Notes: generated from the sequence alone by a model not told the origin. A DNA stretch of 64,000 nucleotides from Eledone cirrhosa (GCA_964016885.1 OZ024743.1:14198001-14262000), one strand, 5' to 3'. Shown: positions 14,397-27,896, numbered from the stretch's first letter. Made by a program: numbers and translations.

Positions 14397-14724
14397 AACT
14401 ACCCCCCCCCCCCCCTGTCTACTGAGATTACTGATGTTATATTCTTATAGAATTCTAGTAATGTTTGCTGAGATTAAAGAAAGTGAATTTGTCACTTCTC
14501 TAAAACAATAGCATACGGTCTTCAAAATGCTTTTAATTAAGCATAAAGTGTATTGCAAAATACATTATATATACATCCATATATATATTGCTATTTCAGA
14601 GCTCCAATTCTAATTTTTAATTTCTGCCTGACCAACAATCGCTCTGTATAATCAGTTCCTGATTATTTACTAGAATTCTATAAGAATATAACATCAGTAA
14701 TCTCAGTAGACAGGAGGGGTAGTT

Positions 14725-14769
14725 AGTCTTGATAAGCTTCAACAAAAGCGAATCAAGGCCTTGTCGGCT
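14725..14769 (+). ncRNA. Same hammerhead with a GAAA>GAAT mutation
   Basis: AGTC-TTGATAA-GCTT..AAGC-GAAT-CAAGGCCTTGT-C-GGCT. Confidence 0.6.
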
Positions 14770-14924
14770 TATCTCCCCAGTTTGCTGAGATTAAAGTTGG
14801 TGAATTTGTCACTACTCTAAAACAATATCATACGGTCTTCAAAATGCTTTTAATTAAGGATAAAGTGTATTGCAAAATACATTATATATACATCCATATA
14901 TATATTGCTATTTCAGAGCTCCAA

Positions 14925-14964
<40 letters not shown>

Positions 14965-15208
14965 TTTTGCGAGGTTTTTTGTTATGAAATTCGTGTGTCG
15001 AAATAAATATTGTTATACTTGGGGAGGGTCATATTTGTGTAATATTGCAAGAATAAATAACAGAACACACTCACTGTTTGGTTCGTTTTCGCTTTTCGTT
15101 TCTGTGTCTATTATATCGGTAATCTAATTTATTCGGTCCTCAATGTTGCCATTGACTGACCAACGGTCAAAATTAATACAGATACAATATAGACACAAAC
15201 ACATATAT

Positions 15209-15262
15209 ATAGTTTATCATAAATCTTTCGTTGCACATCTGCAACATCGTCAGTGGTGCTAT
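15209..15262 (-). ncRNA. Minimal hammerhead-like motif (inverted copy)
   Basis: Reverse complement: CTGACGA-T-GTTGCA..TGCAAC-GAAAGATTTA; stem I weak. Confidence 0.55.
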
Positions 15263-17306
15263 TGTTTCCTCCCGTTACATAGTATTTTCTACGCCATCTT
15301 TATTTAAGTCTGTTTATATATTTATTTATTTGTTTATTTTATTTTGTCTTCTTTGCGCATGCGTTTGCGTGTGTGTATAGTGTTTTGGTTGATGTGTGTT
15401 CGTAGTTGGGTGACTGTGTATTGGTTAATGTATTCTATCTTTACTAGTGTGTGTTTATATGTGTTTGTTGTTATTGTGCTTGTGTATGTATTTATTTATT
15501 TATTTATTTATCTATTTATTTATTTATTTATACTTCTCTTAGGTCAGTGTTGTTTGTTCGGGTGTTGTTGTTATTCCATTCATTCTTTCTGTTTAGCCTT
15601 GGCCTTCTAAGTTCTATTTCACTGGCCTCTCTGATTTGCCTATCTGCTGGGTCATTTCTATGTTTAGATATTATTCTAATTTCTATGTTGTCTATGTTAC
15701 CGTCGTGTTGTTGTCTGGCATGTTCGTATAGTACTGACCCGTTTTTTCGTCCTTTTAGTTCCCCCCAGTGTTGGTCTATCCTTTCGCCTTTGCTACGAGC
15801 TGTCTCGCCTATGTATGTTGATGTCATGTTTCTGCAAGTACCCTCTGTACATCTTATGCTATAGTCTACGTTTCTAGTTTTACAGTTTATCCGGGGGTTT
15901 ACCTTACATATGATACATTTCCTATTAGTACAGTGGGTTTTCTTAAAAGGGTAGGTTTTGCTGATCAGGGATTTTATGGTGGTTTTTGGCTTTTCTACTA
16001 CCTTAATCTTTAAGTGGGTCTTTCTCAGTAGTCTATTGTTAGGGTGTCTGGAAGGGTACCTGTATTAGACACGGAACTCTGGATTAACACTATAGACGAG
16101 AGAGCCCAAATTCTCCACTCACACTATGCTATACCCTTGGCCTCCAAATACCTGATACTCAAAAACTCAGCAATGTCCAGTAGTGCTAAGTTTAATATTC
16201 TGATCGCAGATTTGGTACGAGTGATGAAGAATGGGTCCCGCATGTTCGACCCAACAGAAATGGAAAGACACATCCAACACTTCATCAACCGCATGCAGTT
16301 TCTCTGGCTACAACCAAAGAGACAGAGTCAGAGTATACGAAGGAGCCATGGAGAAGTATAAGACCCTCATAGAACTGGACATGAAAGAAATTTGCCCATT
16401 ATACAGGAGCAAAACATGGAATAGCTTAGATAGAGCTAGACATAAGATAGGGAAAGCCACCTCATGGTACGACAACCAGAGATACCATAGTCATGTTTGT
16501 GGACGCTACCCCTGGAGGAAAATTAACTAACCAGTGTAGAAAGGCCCTGAGAAAGACCCTCTTAAATATTAAGGTGGTAGAAAAGCCAGGTACCATAATA
16601 AAATCCCTGATCAGCAAAACCTACCCTTTTAAGAAAACCCACTGTACTAATACGAAATGTATCATATGTAAGGTAAACCCCCGGATAAACTGTAAAACTA
16701 GAAACGTAGTCTATAGCATAAGATGTACAGAGGGTACTTGCAGAAACATGACAACACCATACATAGGCGAGACAGCTCGTAGCATAGGTGAAAGGATAGA
16801 CCAACACTGGGGGGACTAAAAGGACGAAAAAACGGGTCAGTACTATACGAACATGCCAGACAACAACACGACGGTAACATAGACAACATAGAAATTAGAA
16901 TAATATCTAAACATAGAAATGACCCAGCAGATAGGCAAATCAGAGAGGCCAGTGAAATAGAACTTAGAAGGCCAAGGCTAAACAGAAAGAATGAATGGAA
17001 TAACAACAACACCCAAACAAACAACACTGACCTAAGAGAAGTATAAATAAATAAATAAATAGATAAATACATAAATAAATACATACAGAAGCACAATAAC
17101 AACAAACACATATAAACACACACTAGTAAAGATAGAATACATTAACCAATACACAGTCACCCAACCACGAACACACATCAAACAAAACACTATACACACA
17201 CGCAAACGCATGCGCAAAGAAGACAAAATAAAATAAACAAATAAATAAATAGATAAACAGACTAAATAAAGATGCCGTAGAAAATACAATGTAACGGGAG
17301 GAAACA

Positions 17307-17360
17307 ATAGCACCACTGACGAAGTTGCAGATGTGCAACGAAAGATTTATGATAAACTAT
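17307..17360 (+). ncRNA. Minimal hammerhead-like motif
   Basis: CTGACGA-A-GTTGCA(gatg)TGCAAC-GAA-AGATTT-A; stem I interrupted. Confidence 0.55.
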
Positions 17361-17557
17361 ATATATATGTTTGTGTCTATAGTGTATCTGTATTATTTTT
17401 GACCGTTGGTCAGTCAATGACAACATTGAGGACGGAATAAATTAGATTACCGATATAAAAGACACAGAAGCGAAAAGCGAAAACCAACCAAACAGTGAGT
17501 GTGTTCTGTTATTTATTCTGGCAATATTACAATATAAATATATATATATATATATAT

Positions 17558-17760
17558 AACAAAGGAATTGTGGTAAGGAACCAGATGGACCATAACGCAC
17601 CAGAGTACTAAATACTTAGGGTAGTAGAGTGGGAAATTGTAAAAAGTATGACCCCGACGGCAGAGCTCAAGCGGTCTCGATGGCTATTTCTAGCCGGCTA
17701 TGTCCAGAAATAGCCGTCGAAACGGCTTGAGCTCTGCCGTCGGGGTCATACTTTTTCCTA
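17558..17760. mobile_element. Fold-back of PLE family B 3' end
   Basis: Inverted arms ~17641-17691 and ~17706-17756; tail on the left arm; (TA)n flanks. Confidence 0.8.
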
Positions 17761-17798
17761 TATATATATATACGTGTGTGTGTGTGAGAGAGAGAGAA

Positions 17799-17848
<50 letters not shown>

Positions 17849-19142
17849 AATGACCAGTGAATATACATCACAGACACCCACATATCTATCTATACACACA
17901 CAAATACATATATATATATATATATATACACACACATTTATATACATAAAACACGTATATATATATGGGCCTTTCAGTTTCATTTCAGATGATATACCTG
18001 TCTGTGTATATTTTAATTATTTAGAAATGATATTTAACTGAGCATGATTTTAAAAACATTTTGCAGTGAATGTGACCCAATGGGTCACGGGTGGTCTAGT
18101 CATATATCAGATTCCCGTATTATTGCTATTTGGTGTGCCTTCCTCATTTTATGGTTCATGTCTATGTTCTGACTTATCTAATAGGGGGTTGTGCTTTTAT
18201 TCACTTAATGTTTGAGTTACTTTTTCCTGAAATCTTTATGTTTACAGGCTTGATTAGAAACATTAATGATGTCACTCATAGATTTTATATTCTACTTCAT
18301 TTTGTGGTGATCTATGTTTAGGCGAGTTTCGGAAAATCTCATCGATCTTATTCTATATGCATGTATTATTCTCTAAGATGGGATTAAATGTTGATGGTGT
18401 TATAGTGAATTAGCAAAAGTATGAAGAAAAGAATTAGCTTTTATTCCTCTACTGATATTTTGAGTGAAACAACAACATACACACCGGGACTAATATTAAC
18501 CTGGTCAACTACAGGTTTACTAAAAATACCTAATAGTGAAGAAAGCGTGTGTTGACTAGAGCAATCTGTTTAATATTTCGCTAGATATGATTATACTTTC
18601 CTTCTGACCTGATTGGTGATTTTGAAAATGTATATCTTAAGTATATTATTAAATGTTTACGTGAAACATTTAAATCGGACTTGGCAGATATAAGATAATT
18701 ACATTTAGATTAAATATCTCGATGTAATTTGCAATGTTCCTTATAATATCTGAAGATGGATTTCCTTGAATTAAGATCTAATAATAGTAACTTTATATGG
18801 AATTAAATTTAATTATATTATACATGACAAGCATCCACAATGTGAAAGGAAATGTATCATGATTTATCTCACAGAAGGTATATAGACATAAAGTTTAATA
18901 ATTATTGTAGAATGTAATTAGGAAATATACTTACAGTTTCACGCGTGTCCCTATAATTATATTTACGATAATCTTAACCATAATGCAGAAACTCTGAGAA
19001 AAAATAATTTATGACGTACATACTGCATGAATATTTATACAGACTTCTACCGTCTCCCAGCCCCATAAGCATACAAACACATTCATATATATATATATAT
19101 ATATATATATCAATATATATTAATAATAATACAAATACGAGT

Positions 19143-19280
19143 TGTTAAGCCTTCATTACGTTTATTGATTGTTGACGCGCGTCAATCTATTGATCAGCTG
19201 AAGGTTCGATCTCTTTATATCTGGCATGACTCTGGAATACAAATCCCGTCGGCATCAATAAACGTAATGAAGGCTTAACA
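19143..19280. repeat. 27-bp perfect inverted repeat at the start of a SINE-like repeat
   Basis: tgttaagccttcattacgtttattgat (19143-19169) and its reverse complement (19254-19280). Confidence 0.75.
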
Positions 19281-19531
19281 GCAGATCGTCCTGTTTAGCT
19301 CTACACATGGCCACTAAAATGACCGTAAGTATTGAGTGATCACCTGGCTGAGCCTACAGCAACCTCACCTTACATTCCTTGATTAAAGTAAATAAAAAAA
19401 TACGATAAAAATAAAAAATATATATATATTTATTAAAATATTTGCTCTAGGGTTCTTATATATTTGATATATATTTATCCTGATCGAGCCCTCTTTGGAT
19501 TTTAGTCTTCACATTTATTATTATTACTATA

Positions 19532-20226
19532 TATATATTATAATAGAATGTAAAAGAAAAACGAACACAGATATATACATATATGTTTTCAAATTGTAAG
19601 GGGCCAGATTCGCTAAGGTGAAAAGAATACTAACTATAGACAATTGGGTTTGCTTGTCTCAATTTAAGAAAAAATCAAGAAAATAAATACAAACCGGAAT
19701 TGTGGTAACTACCAATCACCCAGACAACTTGGTGTTGTTTCGCAATGTTAATTGTGAATAGAATTACCAATTCAAGCTCATCAGTCGCTGATGAATTAGT
19801 ATCCTAGACACTTCTAAGTATATGAAGAAATAGTGCGCTATTATATATAGCACACTATTCAGTTTCTTAATATACTTAGAAGTGTCTAGGATACTAATTC
19901 ATTACCCACTGATGAGCTTGAATTGGTAATTCTATTCACAATTAACATTGCGAAACAACACCAAGTTGTCTGGGTGATTGGTAGTTATCACAATTCCGGT
20001 TTGTATTTATTTTCTTGATTTTTTCTTAAATTGAGACAATCAAACCCAATTGTCTATAGTTAGTATTCTTTTCACCTTAGCGAATCTGGTCCCTTACGAT
20101 TTGAACACATATATGTATATATCTGTGTTCGTTTTTGTTTTACATTCTATTATAATATACGGCTCGGAAATATCTCTTTCTTAGAGCTATGTTGTTGTAA
20201 GAGACTATTGTGAGTTCCTAACTCAA
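19532..20226. mobile_element. Fold-back HHR-bearing element in (TA)n
   Basis: ~310-bp inverted arms centred at ~19848; extra tail ~20159-20226. Confidence 0.85.
19901..19978 (+). ncRNA. Canonical type I hammerhead ribozyme, GUC site (inverted copy 19715-19792)
   Basis: ATTACCCA-CTGATGA-GC..GC-GAA-ACAAC(accaa)GTTGT-C-TGGGTGAT. Confidence 0.82.
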
Positions 20227-20248
20227 TATATACCTTTGATATATATAT

Positions 20249-20419
<171 letters not shown>

Positions 20420-21329
20420 TAGATAGATAGATATAGATATATATATACATATACAATAGCTAATAAATAGGGATATGTTTAAATTACAGTCAGAAGATTT
20501 GAAAGGGGGATCAATATTACAGATATATTGTCCATATATATTGAAAGATAGTACCGTATATTAGAACGGAGGGTAAATTACAGTATGAAACGTAGTAATT
20601 AGGCAAATAACTAGTTAATATCTTCTTCTATCACATGACTCAAAACAAAAAATACGTACATGCAAAATGAGAGAGGTGACATATATGAGAAGAAAAAAAC
20701 TGTATGGAAATGAGGGCATAAGTGGTTAAAATGCTTGTTAATTTTGTCCATGTAAAGTGCATATAACATTTCGTAATCGGATGAAGGGAGGGGGCTTCCA
20801 TTCAATGCCTTTGTGAAAATGCAATTTGCTGCAGGAAAATAAGAGGTTTAACGTTGTTTTATTTCCGCTTATTTACCTGGTTGAAATTTAGTTTATAATT
20901 TTTTGTCCGTCCAGTAGTAGGGATTTCCAGTGTGTTTAAATAGTCCCCATGGTAGAAGGAATCTCCGGGTGTAGCTGATGGCTGGTTCCTCCACTTCTTC
21001 ACTATATCGGTTGCACCCTAGAGCACTCAACATTTTGGAGCTAAATACTTAAGATAAACATTGATGCAATTCAATTCAAGCACGCAACGTACTTTTTCCA
21101 CATAGGAGTAACGGAGTATATTTAGAATAAGAAAATACGAAGTAGTTTCATATGTTAAAGTCCTTTAATGATAATGTTGTGATACATATTTCAATGACGA
21201 CAGTGGCCACACGCTTCGATGTACCCAGTGCCGTGACATCATCAGACAGCTTCTTACACAATAAGATATGTTCCGAGGCAACCCAAATTGAATTGACAAA
21301 GAAACGGACCAGGCGGGTGTACTTGAATC

Positions 21330-22011
21330 CGCGCGTGTGTGTGTGAGTGTACGAATATGTGTGAGTATGTGAATGTGTGTATACATTTATTTCATATTTA
21401 TGTGTCTATACGCATTTTATCTGTGGATTATAAACTTACAGAGACATTAGCCTTGAATTTTTGTATTTGCATACATCTTTTTGGCATGTGTATGCATGTG
21501 AGCATATATCTTTATATAAATATGTGTACGAAGTTAATTACATGTATATACACACACCAAACTGCATAAAATTTTTTGTATTTTCATTGGTCAATTTGAA
21601 CTCCGTTCCCAAACGGACCTGAAATTTTGAATTGTTGTTATTATCAATAAATATATTTCATTATTTCTGAAGACGGCATATATGTGTGTTTGGTATGTAT
21701 ATTTAATCTTGATAGTTTGTATAATTTTGTATAATTTTGTACATAGATCTGTTGAATATGCATGCCAATTCTAACACATATATATCCTAGAAACGATCGT
21801 TAAATAATGAACTTTTTTTGTTTAATATAAGGAACTGTTTCATTGTTTTATTCATTATTCTTTTAATATTTTATCTTGACTCTGTATTCCGTTTATCTTT
21901 CACCGAAAGTGATTTTTCATTGCATCTCTTCTTTCCATGATATCCGGACTACATTGAGTTCTTCATACGGATTGGACACTACCGTAATCTCTTGGTAGAT
22001 TTATCTACATA
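21330..22011 (+). repeat. 5' pseudo-LTR
   Basis: Matches 28932-29613 (offset 7602); only one mismatch seen by eye. Confidence 0.95.
21657..21811 (+). ncRNA. Type I hammerhead ribozyme with long stem II
   Basis: TTCATTATTT-CTGAAGA-~115 nt hairpin-GAA-ACGATCGT-T-AAATAATGAA; 10-bp stem I, palindromic stem III. Confidence 0.8.
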
Positions 22012-22213
22012 ATTTTGCTCCTATTTTCACGGAAATATTCGTATTTTTGTACTGTATGTGTGTATTAATTTTATATTTATGTATATACATATAAAAATAC
22101 GTATTTAAGCATTGTGAAATGTGTAAAAATACGTATATACATATATATGTATGATTTCGTAAACCCATATACATTTAGTTGAGCTCTTTCAATTGTCCAT
22201 CATCCATATCACA

Positions 22214-24647
22214 ATGGAAAAACAATATTTGGGAACCTCTTTAAAGAACATACCAATACCTTCTAAGGATGACTTCTTACTCCTTATGATTCAAAAAACT
22301 AATAATTTTATCAGAAGGGTTAGATGGAGGGCCTACCACTTCGATAAAAAATCTAAACATGCAGATCGGAAATATATGTATGATTTCAATACTTACAAGA
22401 ATCCACCACACAACTCTTTACTTGAAGACTTTGAGAAAGACCTTTGAGAAAGACCTTTTTAATTTAATTAAACACCTCAAATTTAAAAAGTATATATCCG
22501 TCTTTCAAAAGGACCTAAAAAAGTCTAAAAAAATCCATGTCCACTCGGACAAAACTGGTAACTTGTATCACATGGATATTGAACATTATAAGGAGTTCAT
22601 ATATAAAGAACTCAGGAAAAATTATAAAAAATCTAATAATGCGTCACTCACCAACATCAACAACAAAACACACAACATAGTAAAAAAACTAAACATTGAA
22701 GATAGAACTGAACCTTTGGCATTGAAAAGACCACACTTCAACCTGAAGGATCATAAATCAAACTTTAACTTAAATCCTTCTATAAGACTTATATGTCCCT
22801 CCAAATCAGATATTGGAATAATTAGCAAAAAAATTTTGGATAGAGTCATCCCACAAATAAGAAAACACGTTATTTTACCACTCTGGGAAAACACCTCCCA
22901 GGTAATTAACTGGTTTAAAAATATTAGATGTAAATCTTCTGCTTCATTTCTACAATTTGATATAGATAATTACTATTCTTCTATATCACCTATACTCCTG
23001 AACAAAGCATTGATATTTGCTAAAAATAGATCTAACTTAACTTTGGATGACATTAATATTATTACACATGCTAGACTAACACTTATTGAATTTCAGAATG
23101 AATACTGGACCAGAAACACATATAGTAATCTATTTGATATTACTATGGGTTCAAGCGATTCCGCCCAAATTACTGATCTTGTGGGCCTCTTTCTCCTTTT
23201 CAACATAAATGCCTCCTTTCCCCACCTTAAAGGTGGTTTATATCGTGATGACTGTCTTCTTCTTTCCAACAACCTTAGCCTTTCAGAAATAGAAAAAAAC
23301 AAAAAGCATATTAGAACTTTCCTTAAAGACTATTATAATCTTCATATTACTTTTGAAAAAACAAGTAAAGTAGTAAATTTCCTAGATATAACTTTAGATT
23401 TAGCTACGGGTATCTACCAACCTTACCATAAACCAAACCAAAACTTACATTACATACACTCACAATCTAATCACCCTAAATCTATCCTTAAAAACCTTGC
23501 ATATAATATATCACTTAGAATTTCTAACCTTTCTTCTAACCAAGATGTATTTGATAAAAATGCGACCTTCTATAACGAAGCTCTAGATAGAAGTGGCCAC
23601 AAAAATAGATTAGAATATATACCTTCTACTAAAAATACTAAAAACATACAACCTAATATTAGCAACAAACACCAAATGAAAAGTACACACCTAAATGCCA
23701 CCCACACTATACCCCAAAATACCAAATCTTCTAATATAAAATATAGTAACTCTCAAAAAACTACTCATCATACAACTCTAATAAATATTAATAATAAAAC
23801 TCCTAATAAAAAAGATAAAACACCTAAATCTACAAATATAACTAAAAATGGTTGTGGTGAGATCATTAACATTAATCCTCCTAGTAAACATCACGATACA
23901 ACCTATAAAAATAATAAAAATAATAAACAACATAGAAACCGTAATAGACGGGTTACTTGGTATAATGCTCCATTTAATTTACAAATTAAGGATAATATTG
24001 CTAAAAAAATTTTTTATATCCTAGAGAAAAACTTCCCGCCAAACCACAAATACCATCAAATCTTAAATAGGTCTACAGTTAAATTCTCATACTCAACAAC
24101 AAATAACATAAAACAAAATATAAGTGCCTATAATGCATATAAATGTAAGAAAACCATAAGTATACCACCAATACATCAAACTAACCATAATATCTCCTCA
24201 AATACAGAATTAACGAAAGGTTGTAACTGTAGAAACAAAGCAAACTGCCCATTAAAAGGGAATTGTCTTGTTAACAACATAGTCTATAAATGTAATGTTA
24301 AAACTAAAGATTCTATTTGCTCATATATAGGAGCTACTTCTAACAATTTTAAGACAAGGTTTAATACCCACAAGCATAGTTTTAAAAATGCTGCACTGGC
24401 TAATACAACATCTCTAGCAGAAAAAATCAATAGTTATAAAAATAAGAATATAGAATATGATTTGACCTGGAGTGTGCTCAAAAGAGCCACCCCTTATCAA
24501 AATAATAGAAATGAATGTAGATTATGTTCCCAAGAACTATTTGAAATAATGAAATCTAAGGATATCCTATTAAATAAACGACAGGAATTAATTATATCGT
24601 GTAATCATAAATTAAAAAAAACATTTAAATATTATAAACCTAATTAA
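22214..24647 (+). pseudogene. PLE reverse transcriptase + GIY-YIG endonuclease ORF (~806 aa when repaired), one frameshift
   Basis: SDKTGN, FDIDNYYSSI, MGS, LYRDD, VNFLDITL, IVY..YIGAT..FKTRFNTH, CRLC; 13-bp duplication at 22429-22454 shifts the frame. Confidence 0.93.
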
Positions 24648-24706
24648 TAACATTATTTTAGAAATTAATGTTATTAATTAGGTTTATAATATTTAAATGT
24701 TTTTTA

Positions 24707-24892
24707 TGGGTGGTGGATTGGCAGTATCGGTAGAGGGTCGGACGTCATGCTTTCCAGCATAGTTACGTCCCTTTACGATCTGAGTTCAAATCCCGCCGAG
24801 GTTGACTTTGCCTTTCATCCTTACGGGGTCGATAAAATAAAGTACCAGTAATGCACTGGGTAATTGCTGGCCTTGTGCCTAAAGTAGAAACA
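24707..24892 (+). mobile_element. tRNA-derived SINE inserted just after the PLE stop codon
   Basis: B box GAGTTCAAATCC, body gactttgcctttcatcc..ggggtcgataaaat; 18-bp TSD attattttagaaattaat at 24652-24669 and 24893-24910. Confidence 0.85.
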
Positions 24893-25974
24893 ATTATTTT
24901 AGAAATTAATATATAATTTAATTTAAATGTTAGTTAACCTATAAATTTAATTTAATTAAAATTCTACTACAGATGAGAATATAAAATATTGTGTAATCAT
25001 AAATTGTGAAAAACCTTTAAATATTACTAATATATACTTAGTAATTTAATTTATAGATTAATTTTAATTTATTTAACCCTTTATTAAAATTCCTTTACAG
25101 ATAAAATATAACAAAATATCGTATATTCAAGGACAGAGAAATAATTTTTAGTATTATAGACCTAATTAATATACATTTTAGAAATATATTTATAATTTGG
25201 TTTTAAATTTAGTCAACCTAAAAATTTAATTTATTGGCTTAAAATTAGTATCCTAATACAGACGGATTGCAGAGTGTCATGTAATCATAGAATGGGATGT
25301 GTTTTGGATGTATACCTAATTAATATATTCTTTGCAATTTTTGAAAAAATATGTATATGTATGTATATATATGTATGTGTATGTATGTATATATATATGT
25401 GTATATATTTATATGTATGTATATGTATATATATATATGTATTAATTTTGATTTCTGTTTACATATAATTATATTCTGCTATTGATAAAATACAATATCT
25501 GTTTTATTTATTATATACCTAATTAACATATACTATAGAAATTAATATATAACTTTTAATTTAGTTAACCTATAATTTATATTCTACTACTGATGTAATA
25601 CTTTATTTGTTTTTTCCCTATTACTAAATTCATTTCCTAATATTGATACCATAACGTTAATAATTTTAATTTAGTTATACTATAATTAATACTCTACTAC
25701 TATTTAACTTCAAAATTCTGCTTCAAATATTATAAACCTAAGTAATTTACACCTTAGAAATCAATATGTTAACTATCTTTAGTTTAGTTAACCTATAATT
25801 AATGGTATACTTATATTGAAATGCATAATTTTGCATTTCCTAATACTGAAACTTTGTAAACACATATTTAGATCCAAATACAGATTAATATTCTATGTTT
25901 CTTGAAACATATATTTACTATAATCCCCTTCTCCCCCCCCCTTCCCCCCTACTATTATTATCTGTATTTGTAAG

Positions 25975-26120
25975 CGTGTATGTATGAATATATATGTAGG
26001 TAGGTGTATATATGTTTGGGTGTTTATATCTAAGTATAAAAATACATATATGCGCATGCAAGTAAGGATGTATGATTGTGTCTATATATATATATATATA
26101 TATATGCATGTATATATATA

Positions 26121-26153
<33 letters not shown>

Positions 26154-27070
26154 ATGTGTGTGTGCGTGTATGTATGTGTATATATATGTGTGTATGTATG
26201 TGTGTATATATATGTGTATGTATATGTATGTCTCTCTATATATATGTGTATCTTCGTATCTATGTGGGTATATGTGCGTATGTACATGTATGCACATGTA
26301 TATGTGTATGTGTATATGTGTGTATGTGTATATGTGTACGTATGCGCGCATATATATGTGAGTGTGTGTGTGTGTGTGTATATATATGTATGTCTATGTA
26401 TGTATATATTTGTATATGTATATATATATATTATTTATTATTATAATATAATTTATGTGTATATGTATATATGTGGAAATGTGTATATATATATATATAT
26501 ATATATAAATATATATGTGTATGTGTGTCTTTGTGTGTGTGTATATATATGTATATATGTGTGTATGTATGTGTTTGTATGTGTGTTTATGGTTGTATGT
26601 GTGTGTGGGTATATATATATATGTATGTATATATATGTATATGTGTATATGTATCTCTATTTATGTGTGTATATATGTATATGTATATACCTTTTTCTTT
26701 GTATGTCTGAGTTGTGTGAGAGTGTAGTGGTGTTTGTATGTATATACGCATATATGGATGCGTATGTATTTGTATATATGCGTATATGTAAGTGCGTATA
26801 TGTGTGTGAATATATATCTATGTCTATGTATGAGTATGTATGTGTGTGTATGTATGTGTGTGTGTATGTATGTATGTGTGTATGTGTGTATATATTTGTG
26901 TATATGTATATATGTATGTGTATGTATGTATGTATATATGTATGTATATGTATATATATATGTATATATATATATATATATTTATTATATATGTATGTGT
27001 AGGTGTGTGTGCGTGTGACTATATATGTATGTGTGTATGTGTGTATGTATGTATATGTATGTGTGTGTAC

Positions 27071-27138
<68 letters not shown>

Positions 27139-27631
27139 GTGTATATATATCTCTATTTATATGTGTATGTGTGTTTATGTATATACCTTTTTCTTTGTAT
27201 GTCTGAGTTGTGTGAGAGTGTAGTGGTGTTTGTATGTATATACGCATATATGGATGCGTATGTATTTGTATATATGCGTATGTGTAAGTGCGTATGTGTG
27301 TGTGAATATATATCTATGTCTATGTATGAGTATGTATGTGTGTGTATGTATGTGTGTGTGTATGTATGTATGTGTGTATGTGTGTATGTATATGTGTGTG
27401 TATATATATGTATGTATGTGTATGTATGTATGTATATATGTATGTATATGTATATATATGTATATATATATATATATATATATTTATTATATATGTGTGT
27501 GTGTGTATGTGTGTGTGTATATATATCTTTATATATGTGTATGTGTATGTATGTGTAGGTGTGTGTGTGTGTGAATATATATGTATGTGTGTATATGTGT
27601 ATGTATGTGTATGTATGTGTATGTGTGTATG

Positions 27632-27720
<89 letters not shown>

Positions 27721-27896
27721 GTATGTATGTGTGTGTGTGTGTGTGTATGTGTATATATATTTATGTATATATATATATTTATATGTGGGTATATATGTGT
27801 ATGTGTGTATATATATGAGTGTATTTTTTTATATATATATATATATGTATGTAGATGTGACTGTATATATATGTGTATATGTATATATATATGTAT

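Larger units (their letters stand above)
14226..14931. mobile_element. Non-coding 317-nt HHR unit (retrozyme-like), 1.5-mer plus inverted arm, in (TA)n
   Basis: Direct repeat 14463-14614 = 14780-14931 (period 317); inverted copy 14226-14460; no coding remnant seen. Confidence 0.8.
14961..17535 (+). mobile_element. Truncated PLE with a ~1-kb inverted duplication
   Basis: Arms ~15038-16028 and ~16547-17530; RT thumb remnant (VPVLDTELW..HY..P.ASKYLI..SAM), Cys linker (CTNTKCIIC..C) and GIY-YIG (VVYSIRC..YIGETARSIGERIDQH); frameshifted. Confidence 0.92.

Noticed and set aside
21152-21330. Possible host exon upstream of the PLE
   Set aside because: No recognisable domain or splice-site pair
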